Origin: Spirochaetota bacterium
GTDB taxonomy: Bacteria; Spirochaetota; UBA4802; UBA5550
Assembly (NCBI GenBank): GCA_050298055.1
Contig: JBNKTL010000001.1
Span: 102,979-166,978, forward strand
Reading direction: 5' to 3'
Length of the DNA: 64,000 nt
The translations under genes were made by a program, and so were the position numbers. Of the stretch, positions 31,823 to 41,847 are shown in pieces. The notes under the pieces were generated by a model. It saw only the letters and a program-made list of their open reading frames with translations. It was not told where the DNA came from and did no database searches. The number at the start of each line of letters is the position of its first letter. The stretch's first letter is position 1.

Positions 31823-33181
31823 TTACTTACCTATGCAGAACCTGCTGAAAATGGAGTTGAGAACATCATCCGGTGTAATCTCACCTGTAATCTCTGACAT
31901 CGTGTCCAGGAGGGCCTGAAGTTCAAATGCCACAATCTCTATAGTCTCGTTTTTCTCAATAAGATCTACTACCCTGTACGCATCCTCAATCCCCTTTTCG
32001 ATGAGATCAATGACCCGTAAATCTGCTACAAATGAGTTTTCAATATCAACATACTCCCTGTTGAGCATGCCGAAAAGTTCCTCTTCAAGTTGTTTCAACC
32101 CGGAACCGGTTTTGGCGGAAAACCTCACCGTTACTCCTTCCAGAGATCCTTCAATACGGCAGACGGCATTTTCTTCGGCAATATCTGTCTTGTTTATCAG
32201 GTAGATAACTTTCTTGTTTTTCAGTTTTTCGAAGATATTTCTGTCGGTTTTATCGATACCCGTGACCGCGTCAATGACCATGAGGACAATGGCAGCGGTT
32301 TTAATTTTTTCCTTGCTCAGCTCTATTCCGATCTTCTCTATCCTGTCACGGGACTTATCAATACCTGCCGTATCGATCAGGTTTATCTGTATCCCTTTAA
32401 TATGGATTGCTTCCCGTATCATGTCACGTGTGGTTCCGGGGACTTCCGACACAATTGCTCTTTCCTGGTTGAGAAGGAGGTTCAGGATGCTCGATTTCCC
32501 GACGTTTGGCTTCCCGGTAATGGTGACATCGATACCATGGGTGATCTTCTCCCCTATCCGGCACCTGAGGTGAAGGTCCTTCAGCTGTTCAAGAAGGTCT
32601 TCCGCCCGCTTTCGGGCATCAGTATAAGAGATTATTTCAATCTCCTGGTCGATAAAATCGATACCTGCTTCAACATCTCCTTTGAGCACAATAATAGCCT
32701 CCCGTATTTTCACGATGACTTCCCTGAGAGAACCGTGCATCTGTTTAAGGGCGGTATCAACCTCCCATTCACTCCTGGCTCTTATTACATGGTTGATGGC
32801 TTCTGCTTCCGTAAGGTCTATTTTTCCGTTGAGAAACGCCCTCTTGCTGAACTCGCCCGGTTCAGCCATCCTGATGCCCTCTGATTTGAGGAGCCTTAAA
32901 ATACGGTGTACAATGATCTGGTTACCATGGCAGATTATCTCAACCATATCCTCACCGGAAAAACTTCCCGGTGATCTGTAGGGAACAAGAATCACATCGT
33001 CTACGCGGTGTTCTCCGTTATAGATAGAACCGTATACAGCATTTCGGTGTTCGATTTTTTCAGGTTTGTTGAAGATGCGGGACGCGGCCCTGAATGAGTC
33101 AGGACCGCTTATTCTGATTACTGCAAGAGTAGAATTAACCGGCGGTGTTGCCGGCGCACAGATTGTGTCATCATCAATCAT
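31823..33181 (-). CDS. mnmE: tRNA modification GTPase MnmE
   Basis: DTICA, GEFSKRAFLNGK, GKPNVGKSS, PGTTRD, DTAG, FSRFCIGK. Confidence 0.98.
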   Translation of the reverse strand: MIDDDTICAPATPPVNSTLAVIRISGPDSFRAASRIFNKPEKIEHRNAVYGSIYNGEHRVDDVILVPYRSPGSFSGEDMVEIICHGNQIIVHRILRLLKSEGIRMAEPGEFSKRAFLNGKIDLTEAEAINHVIRARSEWEVDTALKQMHGSLREVIVKIREAIIVLKGDVEAGIDFIDQEIEIISYTDARKRAEDLLEQLKDLHLRCRIGEKITHGIDVTITGKPNVGKSSILNLLLNQERAIVSEVPGTTRDMIREAIHIKGIQINLIDTAGIDKSRDRIEKIGIELSKEKIKTAAIVLMVIDAVTGIDKTDRNIFEKLKNKKVIYLINKTDIAEENAVCRIEGSLEGVTVRFSAKTGSGLKQLEEELFGMLNREYVDIENSFVADLRVIDLIEKGIEDAYRVVDLIEKNETIEIVAFELQALLDTMSEITGEITPDDVLNSIFSRFCIGK

Positions 33182-33187
33182 CGTGAC

Positions 33188-33829
33188 TTATTTATCTGCA
33201 GGCATTATCTTGATCTTCCTGTAGATCCCCTGTCCTTCACTTTTTGTGGTTACCCGGTCATCATTTTGTAAAGTAAGGTGGATCAACCTTCTTTCAAAGG
33301 GATTCATGGGTTCCAGGGTCCAGGGTTTTCCCGATTTATTGACCTTAAAGGCAATGTCTTTGGACATCTTTCTCAGGGCCTTTTCTCTCTTTTCCCGGTA
33401 GAGTTCAATATCAAGTATCACTTTTTTGTCACTCCCGGTCCGGTTGTTCACCATGAGATTGACCATAAATTGAAGTGCCTCAAGTGTCTTACCCTTTCTT
33501 CCGATTAAAAGCCCGGAATTAGTGGCGCTTTCGAGCTCAACATAGACCTTGGTCTCACTCTCCTTAATGTCCTTAATACTACCGTCGATACCCATGAGGC
33601 CTATTATTTTTTTTATTATCTCTTCAGTCTCTTTCCTGATCTCAACGGTATTTTCATTGTAGTAGAGACGTACCTTTGCAGGCCGGGAAATTCCCAGCCC
33701 GAATATCCCGCTCTTTCCCTTGTCTGTTACTTCTATATTTACTCTGGATGCATCCTTAATTCCCAGTTCGGCAAGAGCCTTCTTTGTTGCTTCATCAACG
33801 GTCCTTCCTTCTACCTCTATAACCTTCAT
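33188..33829 (-). CDS. jag: Jag/KhpB (EloR) RNA-binding protein
   Basis: Jag_N (EGRTVDEA), KH (LIGRKGKTLEALQ), R3H (LEPMNPFERRLIH). Confidence 0.95.
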   Translation of the reverse strand: MKVIEVEGRTVDEATKKALAELGIKDASRVNIEVTDKGKSGIFGLGISRPAKVRLYYNENTVEIRKETEEIIKKIIGLMGIDGSIKDIKESETKVYVELESATNSGLLIGRKGKTLEALQFMVNLMVNNRTGSDKKVILDIELYREKREKALRKMSKDIAFKVNKSGKPWTLEPMNPFERRLIHLTLQNDDRVTTKSEGQGIYRKIKIMPADK

Positions 33830-33851
33830 GTCACATCTCCTGATTTATAAT

Positions 33852-35534
33852 TTATGCGGCAGCCGCTTCTTTCTTCTTATTCACATAAAGCTGGTGAAGC
33901 ACCTGAAACAGGTTCTGCAGTGTCCAGTAGAGAACGAGCCCGGAAGGCATTGACCAGAAGATGAAAATAAATATTATCGGCATCATCATCATCATCATTT
34001 TCTGCTGCTGACCAGTATCAACAGTTGTCAGTCTCTGCTGGAGAAAAGTCGACACTGTCATCAGTATGGGCAGGATATTCAGGTTGTATCCGGAAATAAC
34101 GGCAACAGTATCCGGCATGGAGAGGTCCTTAATCCAGAAGATAAAAGGAGCATTCCAGAGGTCAATTGATCCTATAAGCGCGCTGTAGAGACCAAAGAAG
34201 AAAGGCATCTGCAGAAGCATGGGAAAACATCCTCCCAGGGGATTAACCTTGTGTTCCTTATAAAGGGCCAGCGTCTCCTGCTGGATCATTTCAGGCTTGT
34301 CCTTGTACTTTGCTTTGATCTCATTGATCTTGGGTGATAGTGCCTGCATCTTTTTCATAGACTCGGTGGACTTAAGTGTCAGCGGCATAAAGACAATCTT
34401 GGTCATCAGTGAAAAAAGGACAAGCGCCCATCCAAGGTTGCCGAAGATACCGTAGAGTCCCATAAGGCTCCAGTTTACAAAGTACCTGATCGGTTCAATC
34501 CATTTACTCACATCGGCAGCTTCAACAATGGATTTACTGACCATCCCGAGCTTGTCCTTGTTCTTCTCACCCAGGTAGATCTTAAACGGTTTAATAACCT
34601 CAGACCGGGCATTGACTTTTTTCAGGGAAACAGAGATCCCGGTTCTGAAGCCGCTACCTTTCCGTCCGTCGGTGATCATCTCGTTTCCGCTGAATTCTTC
34701 CGGGATCATGATGATAACCATATACCTGCTCATAATCCCTATCCAGTTGATGGTCCCTGTTTTTTTGTTTACAATACCGCCCTTGGAGAAAAAGCCTCCG
34801 CTCTTTCCCGCCTTTTCAAATTCACCATCCATTGAATAAATGCCGGAGAGCATGTTATATGTATTACTGTAGTTAAGCTTCGGACCGATCAAATCCGATG
34901 GTGAGACAATAAATCTTTTTTCCGAGAATGAAATATCCTTATCGGTCCTGTTGATAAACCTGTATTCCAATTTGAAGTTATAGCTTTTACTGTCAAAACT
35001 ATAAACTTTCTGAATCAGGAGGGGGATGTTGTCGATGCTTACCTCGGTCTGGTAAATAAGAGTGTTTCCTTCGGAACCGGCAACCGACCAGTTTATCTCA
35101 TCTATATCGCTTCCGTTGAGAAACTCGTCTTCATCAAAGTGAACTGAAAAATCAAAAAGACCCTTTGACTTATAGGGATTTTCCGGAACCGTTAATTCAA
35201 GAAAATTCCCGTCTTTATCTTTTCTCTCTTTAAACTTAACGCTTTTAACAGAAGCTCCCCTGTTGGTGAGGGTAACAATGAACTTATCGGATTCAATGAC
35301 ACGGGTTACTTCCTTCGGTTCACCTGTGCTTTTCTTCCTGAACCGTACGGTTTTTTCCGGGGTTTTTTTTCTGCTGAGTTCTTCAGGTGAAGCTGCTTTC
35401 TTCTTACCGGTTGCAACTTCTTCAGTTACTGTGGTTTCTTTCTTTGGCAGTTCTTTTTTTGGCGGATTAATCCTGAACCAGATTATCCATACCAACACTA
35501 TTAAACCGAGAGCTAATAATGTCTTTCTATCCAT
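33852..35534 (-). CDS. yidC: Membrane protein insertase YidC
   Basis: SMKKMQAL.P, VNPLGGCFPMLLQMP, FIFWIKDLS.PD, PSGLVLYW. Confidence 0.97.
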   Translation of the reverse strand: MDRKTLLALGLIVLVWIIWFRINPPKKELPKKETTVTEEVATGKKKAASPEELSRKKTPEKTVRFRKKSTGEPKEVTRVIESDKFIVTLTNRGASVKSVKFKERKDKDGNFLELTVPENPYKSKGLFDFSVHFDEDEFLNGSDIDEINWSVAGSEGNTLIYQTEVSIDNIPLLIQKVYSFDSKSYNFKLEYRFINRTDKDISFSEKRFIVSPSDLIGPKLNYSNTYNMLSGIYSMDGEFEKAGKSGGFFSKGGIVNKKTGTINWIGIMSRYMVIIMIPEEFSGNEMITDGRKGSGFRTGISVSLKKVNARSEVIKPFKIYLGEKNKDKLGMVSKSIVEAADVSKWIEPIRYFVNWSLMGLYGIFGNLGWALVLFSLMTKIVFMPLTLKSTESMKKMQALSPKINEIKAKYKDKPEMIQQETLALYKEHKVNPLGGCFPMLLQMPFFFGLYSALIGSIDLWNAPFIFWIKDLSMPDTVAVISGYNLNILPILMTVSTFLQQRLTTVDTGQQQKMMMMMMPIIFIFIFWSMPSGLVLYWTLQNLFQVLHQLYVNKKKEAAAA

Positions 35535-35608
35535 AATATAATCCCTTTAATTGTTTTTTCTTCTTCATTAACAGCTAAGAGGGACATATTCTTTGTATCA
35601 GGGAGAAT

Positions 35609-35887
35609 TCATTTAATTAAAGAAAAGCGTTCAGGGACAGGGTCATGTCCTCCTCTGTGAATAGGGTTGCAGGAAACAATCCTTTTTGCAGAAAGGATTC
35701 CACCCTTTATGAAGCCATGTTTTTTGAATGCTTCCATAGAGTAAGTTGAACATGTGGGATAAAATCTGCAGGATGGCCTGAGCATCGGAGATATTAATAC
35801 CTTGTATATTTTTACAAGCAAAATGGCGCTGTAAGTCAATACCATGCTTAATATATCTATTATCCTGTTAATTATTGTCATTATCAA
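35609..35887 (-). CDS. yidD: Membrane protein insertion efficiency factor YidD
   Basis: [10 protein letters not shown]...KHG...RIVSCNP..GGHDPVP. Confidence 0.95.
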   Translation of the reverse strand: MIMTIINRIIDILSMVLTYSAILLVKIYKVLISPMLRPSCRFYPTCSTYSMEAFKKHGFIKGGILSAKRIVSCNPIHRGGHDPVPERFSLIK

Positions 35888-36257
35888 TTACTCCACTTTC
35901 TTTGAGTAAATATCGGATATTTTCTTTCAGTTCCAGGTAGGTGTAATCCAGTGCTTCAATTCCCGGTCTGATTACAATCCAGTTCTCTTTTTTTAATTCA
36001 TCGAGAAATTCGTTTAAGATTGATTTGATTTTCCTCTTTAATGAGTTTCTTGTAACCGCATTGCCGACTTTCCTGTCTATGGTAATTCCTATCCTGATTT
36101 CTCTTCCACTTTCGATGCCGTTCAAATCACTGTACAGAGTAACCTTTTTTTGATTGTTTATGACAAATATCCGTAAACCCTTTATCCTGAATTTTTTTCC
36201 TTTTCTGTAAATTTCCTTAAATGACTTTCTTCCTTTTAAAGAATATAGCCTCTTCAC
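35868..36257 (-). CDS. rnpA: Ribonuclease P protein component
   Basis: [21 protein letters not shown]; lies between rpmH and yidD. Confidence 0.93.
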   Translation of the reverse strand: MKRLYSLKGRKSFKEIYRKGKKFRIKGLRIFVINNQKKVTLYSDLNGIESGREIRIGITIDRKVGNAVTRNSLKRKIKSILNEFLDELKKENWIVIRPGIEALDYTYLELKENIRYLLKESGVIDNDNN

Positions 36258-36269
36258 TTTACATTAATA

Positions 36270-36428
36270 TTACTTGGGTAATCTCTTTTCATCAGAGACC
36301 GTCAGTTTGTGTCTCCCTTTCAGTCTTCTTCTCTGAAGCACTTTTCTTCCACCGGCTGAACTCATTCTTGACAAAAATCCATGTTTTCTGTTTCTTTTAA
36401 TCCTGCTTGGTTGAAATGTTCTCTTCAT
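36270..36428 (-). CDS. rpmH: 50S ribosomal protein L34
   Basis: Below the ORF-track size cutoff. Manual translation [59 protein letters not shown]. Confidence 0.98.
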   Translation of the reverse strand: MKRTFQPSRIKRNRKHGFLSRMSSAGGRKVLQRRRLKGRHKLTVSDEKRLPK

Positions 36429-36563
36429 TTAAGTTACCTCTTATATATATTAATAAAATTTCAGATTGCCCATTTATAATTCATGCACTTGAAAAGATAA
36501 ATTACAAAAATATTTTGATGCCCTTTATTTGTCAATAAAAACTTGGATTAAATCGTATCAGCA

Positions 36564-36649
36564 ATGCCCCGCCGCCGAAGGCGGCGGGGCATATAAATTA
36601 TGCTTTTAATGAATATCGTTATTATTTATACTCACAGCTGATTAGTAAT
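36564..36649. mobile_element. MITE-like family A copy 3 (hairpin plus right arm)
   Basis: Palindrome ATGCCCCGCCGCC-GAA-GGCGGCGGGGCAT at 36564-36592; end GCTGATTAGTAAT at 36637-36649. Confidence 0.65.
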
Positions 36650-36683
36650 TAATATTTTAATAATATCACCGATTAATGGCCAA

Positions 36684-37775
36684 TTATACCTCTATTGAAG
36701 AATCAATAATCCCTCCTCCGAGAACAATCTCCCCGTCATAGAGGACAACGGTCTGTCCCGGTGTAACAGAGAGTTGCGGTTCATCAAAGATAATACTCAT
36801 ATCGTCACTTTCTTCGGTCCTGATAACTGCATCCGCTTCCCTGTGGGCCTGCCTTATCTTGGCCTTCACCTTCTGCAGATCATAAAGCCTGTGAACAGAG
36901 ATCAGGTTGAAATCTCTTGCCCGGAGCCCCTTTGAAAAAAGGTGTTCCTTCTCACCGGCCACAATCTTTCGGCCCGGAGCATCTATTTTAAGGACATAGA
37001 GGGGTTTTGCCGCACTTATTCCAAGTCCTCTCCTCTGCCCTATAGTATAGTTTATGATTCCTTTGTGTTTTCCGATAATATTTCCTTCTCTATCGACAAT
37101 ATCACCCGGTTTGAAGTCCTCTTCATGAAAGAGAGGGCTGTAATCTCCTCCTGAGATAAAATCCTGGCTGTCCCTTCTTTCCGCGGAGAGAAGGTTATAC
37201 TTTCGCGCAAGCTCTCTTACTTCACTTTTCATCATATTTCCCAGGGGAAAAAAGACTGAGGAAAGCTGATCTCTTTTAAGACCGGAAAGAAAGTAGGACT
37301 GGTCACGGGACGGGTCCGATCCCTTTTTTAATACCAGGCGGTCCGGGCCCTCCTTCTCGATCCGTGCATAGTGGCCGGTGGCATAGTAATCGAAATCAAT
37401 ACCCATTTTCCTTGCCTTTTCCAGCATAAATCCAAATTTCATGGACCTGTTACATCTCACACAGGGATTGGGGGTCCTGCCGCTTATATATTCTTTTTTA
37501 AAGTACTCAAGGACGTTTAGCCGGTATTCCTCCCTCAGGTCAATAATGTGATGGCTGATCCCGAGAGAACGGCAAATTTCCGCTGCAGCTTCAAGGTCTG
37601 CTTCTTCATTGGGACCAAAACATGCGTCTTTTGCGTTCTCATCAATCTCAAAGGACCCGTCCCAGATGGCCATGGTGAAACCAATGACATGATAATCCTT
37701 TTCCTTCATTAGAGCGGCGACAACCGATGAGTCCACACCGCCGCTTATTCCAACTGCAACAACAGGCTTTTTCAT
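36684..37775 (-). CDS. mnmA: tRNA 2-thiouridylase MnmA
   Basis: SGGVDS, GRTPNPCVRCN, ATGHYA, DQSYFL, YTIGQRRGL, TPGQ.V.Y. Confidence 0.95.
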   Translation of the reverse strand: MKKPVVAVGISGGVDSSVVAALMKEKDYHVIGFTMAIWDGSFEIDENAKDACFGPNEEADLEAAAEICRSLGISHHIIDLREEYRLNVLEYFKKEYISGRTPNPCVRCNRSMKFGFMLEKARKMGIDFDYYATGHYARIEKEGPDRLVLKKGSDPSRDQSYFLSGLKRDQLSSVFFPLGNMMKSEVRELARKYNLLSAERRDSQDFISGGDYSPLFHEEDFKPGDIVDREGNIIGKHKGIINYTIGQRRGLGISAAKPLYVLKIDAPGRKIVAGEKEHLFSKGLRARDFNLISVHRLYDLQKVKAKIRQAHREADAVIRTEESDDMSIIFDEPQLSVTPGQTVVLYDGEIVLGGGIIDSSIEV

Positions 37776-39070
37776 TAAGTACTTTTCCTTAGACCTGAGT
37801 CTAATGCCTCCAGGATGTCATCAATGTGCTCAATTCCAACTGAGAGCCTTATAAGATCCGGGGCCAGTCCGCTGGCTGACTGTTCCTCTTCACTGAGCTG
37901 AGCATGGGAAGTGCTTGAGGGGTGCAGGATAAGGCTCTTTGAATCACCCACATTGGCAAGGTGTGAAAAGAGACCGATATTATTAATCAGTTTTACTGCG
38001 GCATCATAGCCCCCGTCAATACCAAAAACAACCATTCCGCCGTAACCGTTTTTAAAATACCGTGAAGCGACCTCATGGGATGGATCATCTTCCAGACCCG
38101 GATATCTCACCCACTTTACCTTTGAGTGTTTAACAAGGAACCTGGCAACAGCATCAGCATTTTCACAGTGCCTCTCCATCCTGAGGTTTAGGGTTTCTAT
38201 CCCCTGAAGAAAGATCCACGCGTTATCCGGCGAAATGCATGCGCCGAGGTTCCTCAGGGGTACCAGTCTCATTCTGAGAATAAAGGCAAGGTGTGACAGA
38301 TCCCCGAGATCATGCGCGAACCTGAGGCCCCCGTAACTCTCATCGGGCTCATTGTAAAGTGAGAATTTGCCGTGCCCCCAGTTGAACTTTCCGGAATCAA
38401 TGACGATTCCCCCGATACCCGCCCCATGACCGCCCAGCCATTTTGTCAGTGAGTGCACAACAATATCCGCCCCATGTTCCAGGGGTTTCAGGAGTGCCGG
38501 TGTAGCAAAGGTAGCATCCACAAGAAAAGGGAGGCCGTGCTTTTTAGCAATGGCAGATATCTTTTCAAAGTCGGGCACTCCCAGTAAAGGGTTGCCAATA
38601 GATTCTGCAAAAACAGCACGTGTCTTTTCGTTAATGGCATTTTCCAGTTCTTCGGGCCTGTCATGGTTTACAAACCGGACCTTTATATTAAACTGGGGGA
38701 GTATGTTGTTGAACATGGTGTATGTTCCCCCGTAGAGGTTGTTCATTGATACCACCTCATCTCCGGAACTGCAGATGTTTATAATGGAGTAAAAGATAGC
38801 AGATGTCCCGGAAGAGAGGGCCAGGGCGCCCGCTCCTCCCTCAAGGAGGGCCATCCTCTTTTCGAGAATGTCCTGGGTGGGATTCATGATCCGTGTATAG
38901 ATATTACCCGGTTCCTTTAAAGAGAAGAGGTTAGCCGCATGTTCCGTATTTTCAAATACATATGAACTGGTTCTGTACACGGGAACTGCCCGTGACCTGG
39001 TTACAGGGTCCGGTTCTGTCCCCCCATGAAGCAGAAGTGTTTCCTGCCTGTATCTGTTTGTATCACTCAT
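37775..39070 (-). CDS. metY: O-acetylhomoserine sulfhydrylase (MetY/Met17)
   Basis: GNIYTRIMNPT, HSLTKWLGGHG, GIETL.LRMERH, SHLANVGD.KSL, IRLSVGIE. Confidence 0.92.
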   Translation of the reverse strand: MSDTNRYRQETLLLHGGTEPDPVTRSRAVPVYRTSSYVFENTEHAANLFSLKEPGNIYTRIMNPTQDILEKRMALLEGGAGALALSSGTSAIFYSIINICSSGDEVVSMNNLYGGTYTMFNNILPQFNIKVRFVNHDRPEELENAINEKTRAVFAESIGNPLLGVPDFEKISAIAKKHGLPFLVDATFATPALLKPLEHGADIVVHSLTKWLGGHGAGIGGIVIDSGKFNWGHGKFSLYNEPDESYGGLRFAHDLGDLSHLAFILRMRLVPLRNLGACISPDNAWIFLQGIETLNLRMERHCENADAVARFLVKHSKVKWVRYPGLEDDPSHEVASRYFKNGYGGMVVFGIDGGYDAAVKLINNIGLFSHLANVGDSKSLILHPSSTSHAQLSEEEQSASGLAPDLIRLSVGIEHIDDILEALDSGLRKST

Positions 39071-39105
39071 AATATGCTCCTTTGAATCATTTTTTCTCTG
39101 TTATT

Positions 39106-40029
39106 TCAGTTAAAAAGGTCAGTAGAAAGATATCTCTCTCCTGTATCCGGGAGAAGCACAACTATCAGATTATTACGGTGCTCCTTCCTCTTTCCCACCT
39201 CAATAGCAGCGTAAAGAGCAGCCCCCGAGGATATCCCGCAGAAGATACCCTCTTCCCTGGCAAGTTTACGTGAGGTATCGGCAGCAGATTCGTTGCTCAC
39301 TTTCACAATTTCATCAATTATGTCCCGGTTCAGGACATCAGGTATGAAACCCGCACCTATCCCCTGGATCTTATGCGGTCCCGCCTTGCCCCCTGACAGT
39401 ACCGGGGAATCAGCAGGTTCAACTGCAATAACTTTAATCCCCTTATTCTTCTTTTTCAGGGCTTCACCGGTCCCGGTTATGGTTCCGCCTGTCCCAACAC
39501 CGGCTATAAAAATATCAACCTTTCCGTCAGTATCGTCCCAGATCTCTTCAGCAGTAGTATTTCTGTGTATTTCAGGATTTGCGGGATTTTGAAACTGCTG
39601 GAGCATAATATGGTTTTCATTGTTTTTAACAAGCTCCTTTGCCTTTTTTATGGCTCCCGGCATACCCTCCTTTCCCGGGGTAAGGATAAGTTCCGCACCC
39701 AGTGCTGTCAGAAGTTTTCTTCTTTCAATACTCATGGTATCGGGCATTGTCAGAATGAGTTTGTATCCCTTTGAAGCGGAGATGAAAGCAAGGGCTATCC
39801 CAGTATTCCCGCTTGTGGGTTCAACAAGGACCGTATTCTCCTTAATCTCACCCTTCTCCTCGGCGCTTTTTATCATAGCATAGCCAATCCTGTCTTTCAC
39901 ACTGGACATTGGATTAAACGACTCCAGCTTGACAACAATATCTGCTCCGCTATCCCTTGTTATCCTCTTGAGCCTTACCAGGGGTGTTCCCCCGATAGTA
40001 TCACCTATTGTCTCGAATATTCCGGACAT
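39106..40029 (-). CDS. cysK: Cysteine synthase A
   Basis: [50 protein letters not shown]. Confidence 0.96.
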   Translation of the reverse strand: MSGIFETIGDTIGGTPLVRLKRITRDSGADIVVKLESFNPMSSVKDRIGYAMIKSAEEKGEIKENTVLVEPTSGNTGIALAFISASKGYKLILTMPDTMSIERRKLLTALGAELILTPGKEGMPGAIKKAKELVKNNENHIMLQQFQNPANPEIHRNTTAEEIWDDTDGKVDIFIAGVGTGGTITGTGEALKKKNKGIKVIAVEPADSPVLSGGKAGPHKIQGIGAGFIPDVLNRDIIDEIVKVSNESAADTSRKLAREEGIFCGISSGAALYAAIEVGKRKEHRNNLIVVLLPDTGERYLSTDLFN

Positions 40030-40049
40030 GAGTCCCTCCTGATTTTTTA

Positions 40050-40499
40050 CTAGATATAGTACATCCCGTCTGAACTTTTTGTATTCTTTTTCTTCATCTC
40101 ATCTTCGGCCAGCTTCTTAAGTGTAACTCCCAGAAGAAAATTCTGTACAGCCGATTCGTAATCCATCCAGAAGTCCTTTGCCGCGCACAGGTTTATGCGA
40201 TCACATATATCGGAATCATCAAAGCACTCCAGATCCACGATCTTTGAATCAAAAGCCAGGAAAATATCGTTAACTGTTATCCTGTGAGCATCACGGGTTA
40301 GTTTATACCCGCTCTTTTTCCCCTTTACATTTTTTATCAGCCCTGAGACTTTGAGTGCTGAAATAATATGGTCCAGATATTTGTCTGAAATACACTGGTT
40401 CCTGGCGATCTCTTTCTGGAGCATCCCCTTATCCGGATCGGCAAGTGCAAGCTCAATCATTGCTCTCAATCCATACCTTAACTTTGTATTAATCTTCAT
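40050..40499 (-). CDS. Rrf2 family transcriptional regulator with three Cys (IscR/CymR-like)
   Basis: [21 protein letters not shown]-x6-C-x5-C. Confidence 0.92.
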   Translation of the reverse strand: MKINTKLRYGLRAMIELALADPDKGMLQKEIARNQCISDKYLDHIISALKVSGLIKNVKGKKSGYKLTRDAHRITVNDIFLAFDSKIVDLECFDDSDICDRINLCAAKDFWMDYESAVQNFLLGVTLKKLAEDEMKKKNTKSSDGMYYI

Positions 40500-40511
40500 T
40501 ATTATTTCCTA

Positions 40512-40610
40512 TATCCTACAAGATATATAGGATAAGTATATTCGACATCAAATTTGTCAAATAAATTTTAAAAAATAATTACCTATAAATCCTATCATAT
40601 TAGTTGACTT
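40512..40610. promoter_or_regulatory. Putative Rrf2 operator sites
   Basis: Near-palindrome TATCCTAC-N7-ATAGGATA at 40512-40534; related AAATCCTAT-N6-AGTTGACTT at 40587-40610; both upstream of the rrf2 gene. Confidence 0.55.
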
Positions 40611-40673
40611 AATTTAAATATTTTGTATATTATTAATTGTTTAAAAAGCACTAAAGGATCATTAAATAAATCA

Positions 40674-41084
40674 ATGAAAATCAAGGCAATCTTCCTGATA
40701 TGTATTTCATCATATGTTCTTTTTCTCCTCCCTATTACCTCAGGTAAGATAATAGATGTATGCACATGTGCCGGCCATAAAAAATTTCACCAACAATATG
40801 CCGTAAATATAAGATCCATGTCTGTTTTATCATCTGATAAAATATGCTGCTGCAATAACGACAAAAGGAAATGCGCCATCAATCATGAGAGAAGGAATAT
40901 CCAATTTTTTGCCATACTTCTTAAAACCGAAAGGTCACAGATATTTAAAACAGGGAAAACTTCTTTACCGGTAGTTCTGCTCTACAGGGCAAGGGCTCCT
41001 GATAAACGGATTTTTTACTCACTAAAACTTTTAAAAATACAATTAAGACCATTATATCTTCATAATTCCTCATTCCTTTGCTGA
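40674..41084 (+). CDS. Cys-rich membrane-anchored small protein (DUF2946-like leader candidate)
   Basis: N-terminal hydrophobic helix, CTC, CCC, RARAP, C-terminal PLYLHNSSFLC; upstream of a transporter operon. Confidence 0.5.
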   Translation: MKIKAIFLICISSYVLFLLPITSGKIIDVCTCAGHKKFHQQYAVNIRSMSVLSSDKICCCNNDKRKCAINHERRNIQFFAILLKTERSQIFKTGKTSLPVVLLYRARAPDKRIFYSLKLLKIQLRPLYLHNSSFLC

Positions 41085-41214
41085 TACAGTATTCTCTTGT
41101 CATTCAAAACGGTTAATTAATCTGCTTAACGATAATAAATGATTCAGATTCTAATAAATGAGAGAATCATATTACTAATATAATTTTATAAAAATGTAAG
41201 AACAGGAGATAACA

Positions 41215-41844
41215 ATGTCTAAAAAAAAGAAGAAAAATCCTTCTCGCAATAAAAATAATGACGTAATAGAAGGAACCGATATAAAGAAAGAAGTTGTTCT
41301 CGGAGAAGAGAACAAATCAAACAGGGTTTATATTATTGCAGTTACATTAATTGCAATTGCCAGCGGTGTAATCTACTTTCTCAATAAAGGAAGAGACAGC
41401 AGAAAAACATTTCAGACCAGGATAAATCAACCGGTAAATTTGCAAAAGCAATCCTCTTTCTCTACCGAAAGGAACAGCATTACCAAAAAAATTCTATCCT
41501 ATGATATATCAATCTTCAGTGACGGGAAAGCAAAATATTTTCAGTACAGGTACGGGAATCTGAACATCAGGTATTTTATACTCAAGAGTTCAGATGGTGT
41601 TATCAGGGCCGCATTTGATGCATGTGATGTTTGCTGGCCTGCTGGGAAGGGATATTATCAGAAAGATGACAAAATGATCTGCAGGAACTGCGGAAAAAGA
41701 TTTGCTTCCAGGCTTGTGAATGAAATCCGAGGTGGATGTAATCCGGCACCTATTAACAGAAAAATTGTAGATGGCCGGGTTGTAATCAATGTTACTGATA
41801 TCATCCGCGGCGCCGGCTATTTCAATTTTACAGGGAGGAGTTGA
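41215..41844 (+). CDS. DUF2318 / Fe-S-containing membrane protein
   Basis: RAAFDACDVC, GYYQ, ICRNCG, GGCNP.P. Confidence 0.9.
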   Translation: MSKKKKKNPSRNKNNDVIEGTDIKKEVVLGEENKSNRVYIIAVTLIAIASGVIYFLNKGRDSRKTFQTRINQPVNLQKQSSFSTERNSITKKILSYDISIFSDGKAKYFQYRYGNLNIRYFILKSSDGVIRAAFDACDVCWPAGKGYYQKDDKMICRNCGKRFASRLVNEIRGGCNPAPINRKIVDGRVVINVTDIIRGAGYFNFTGRS

Positions 41845-41847
41845 TAG

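Noticed and set aside
33981..33998. (CAT)6 microsatellite
   Set aside because: Encodes the Met-rich loop of YidC in frame; no sign of phase variation.
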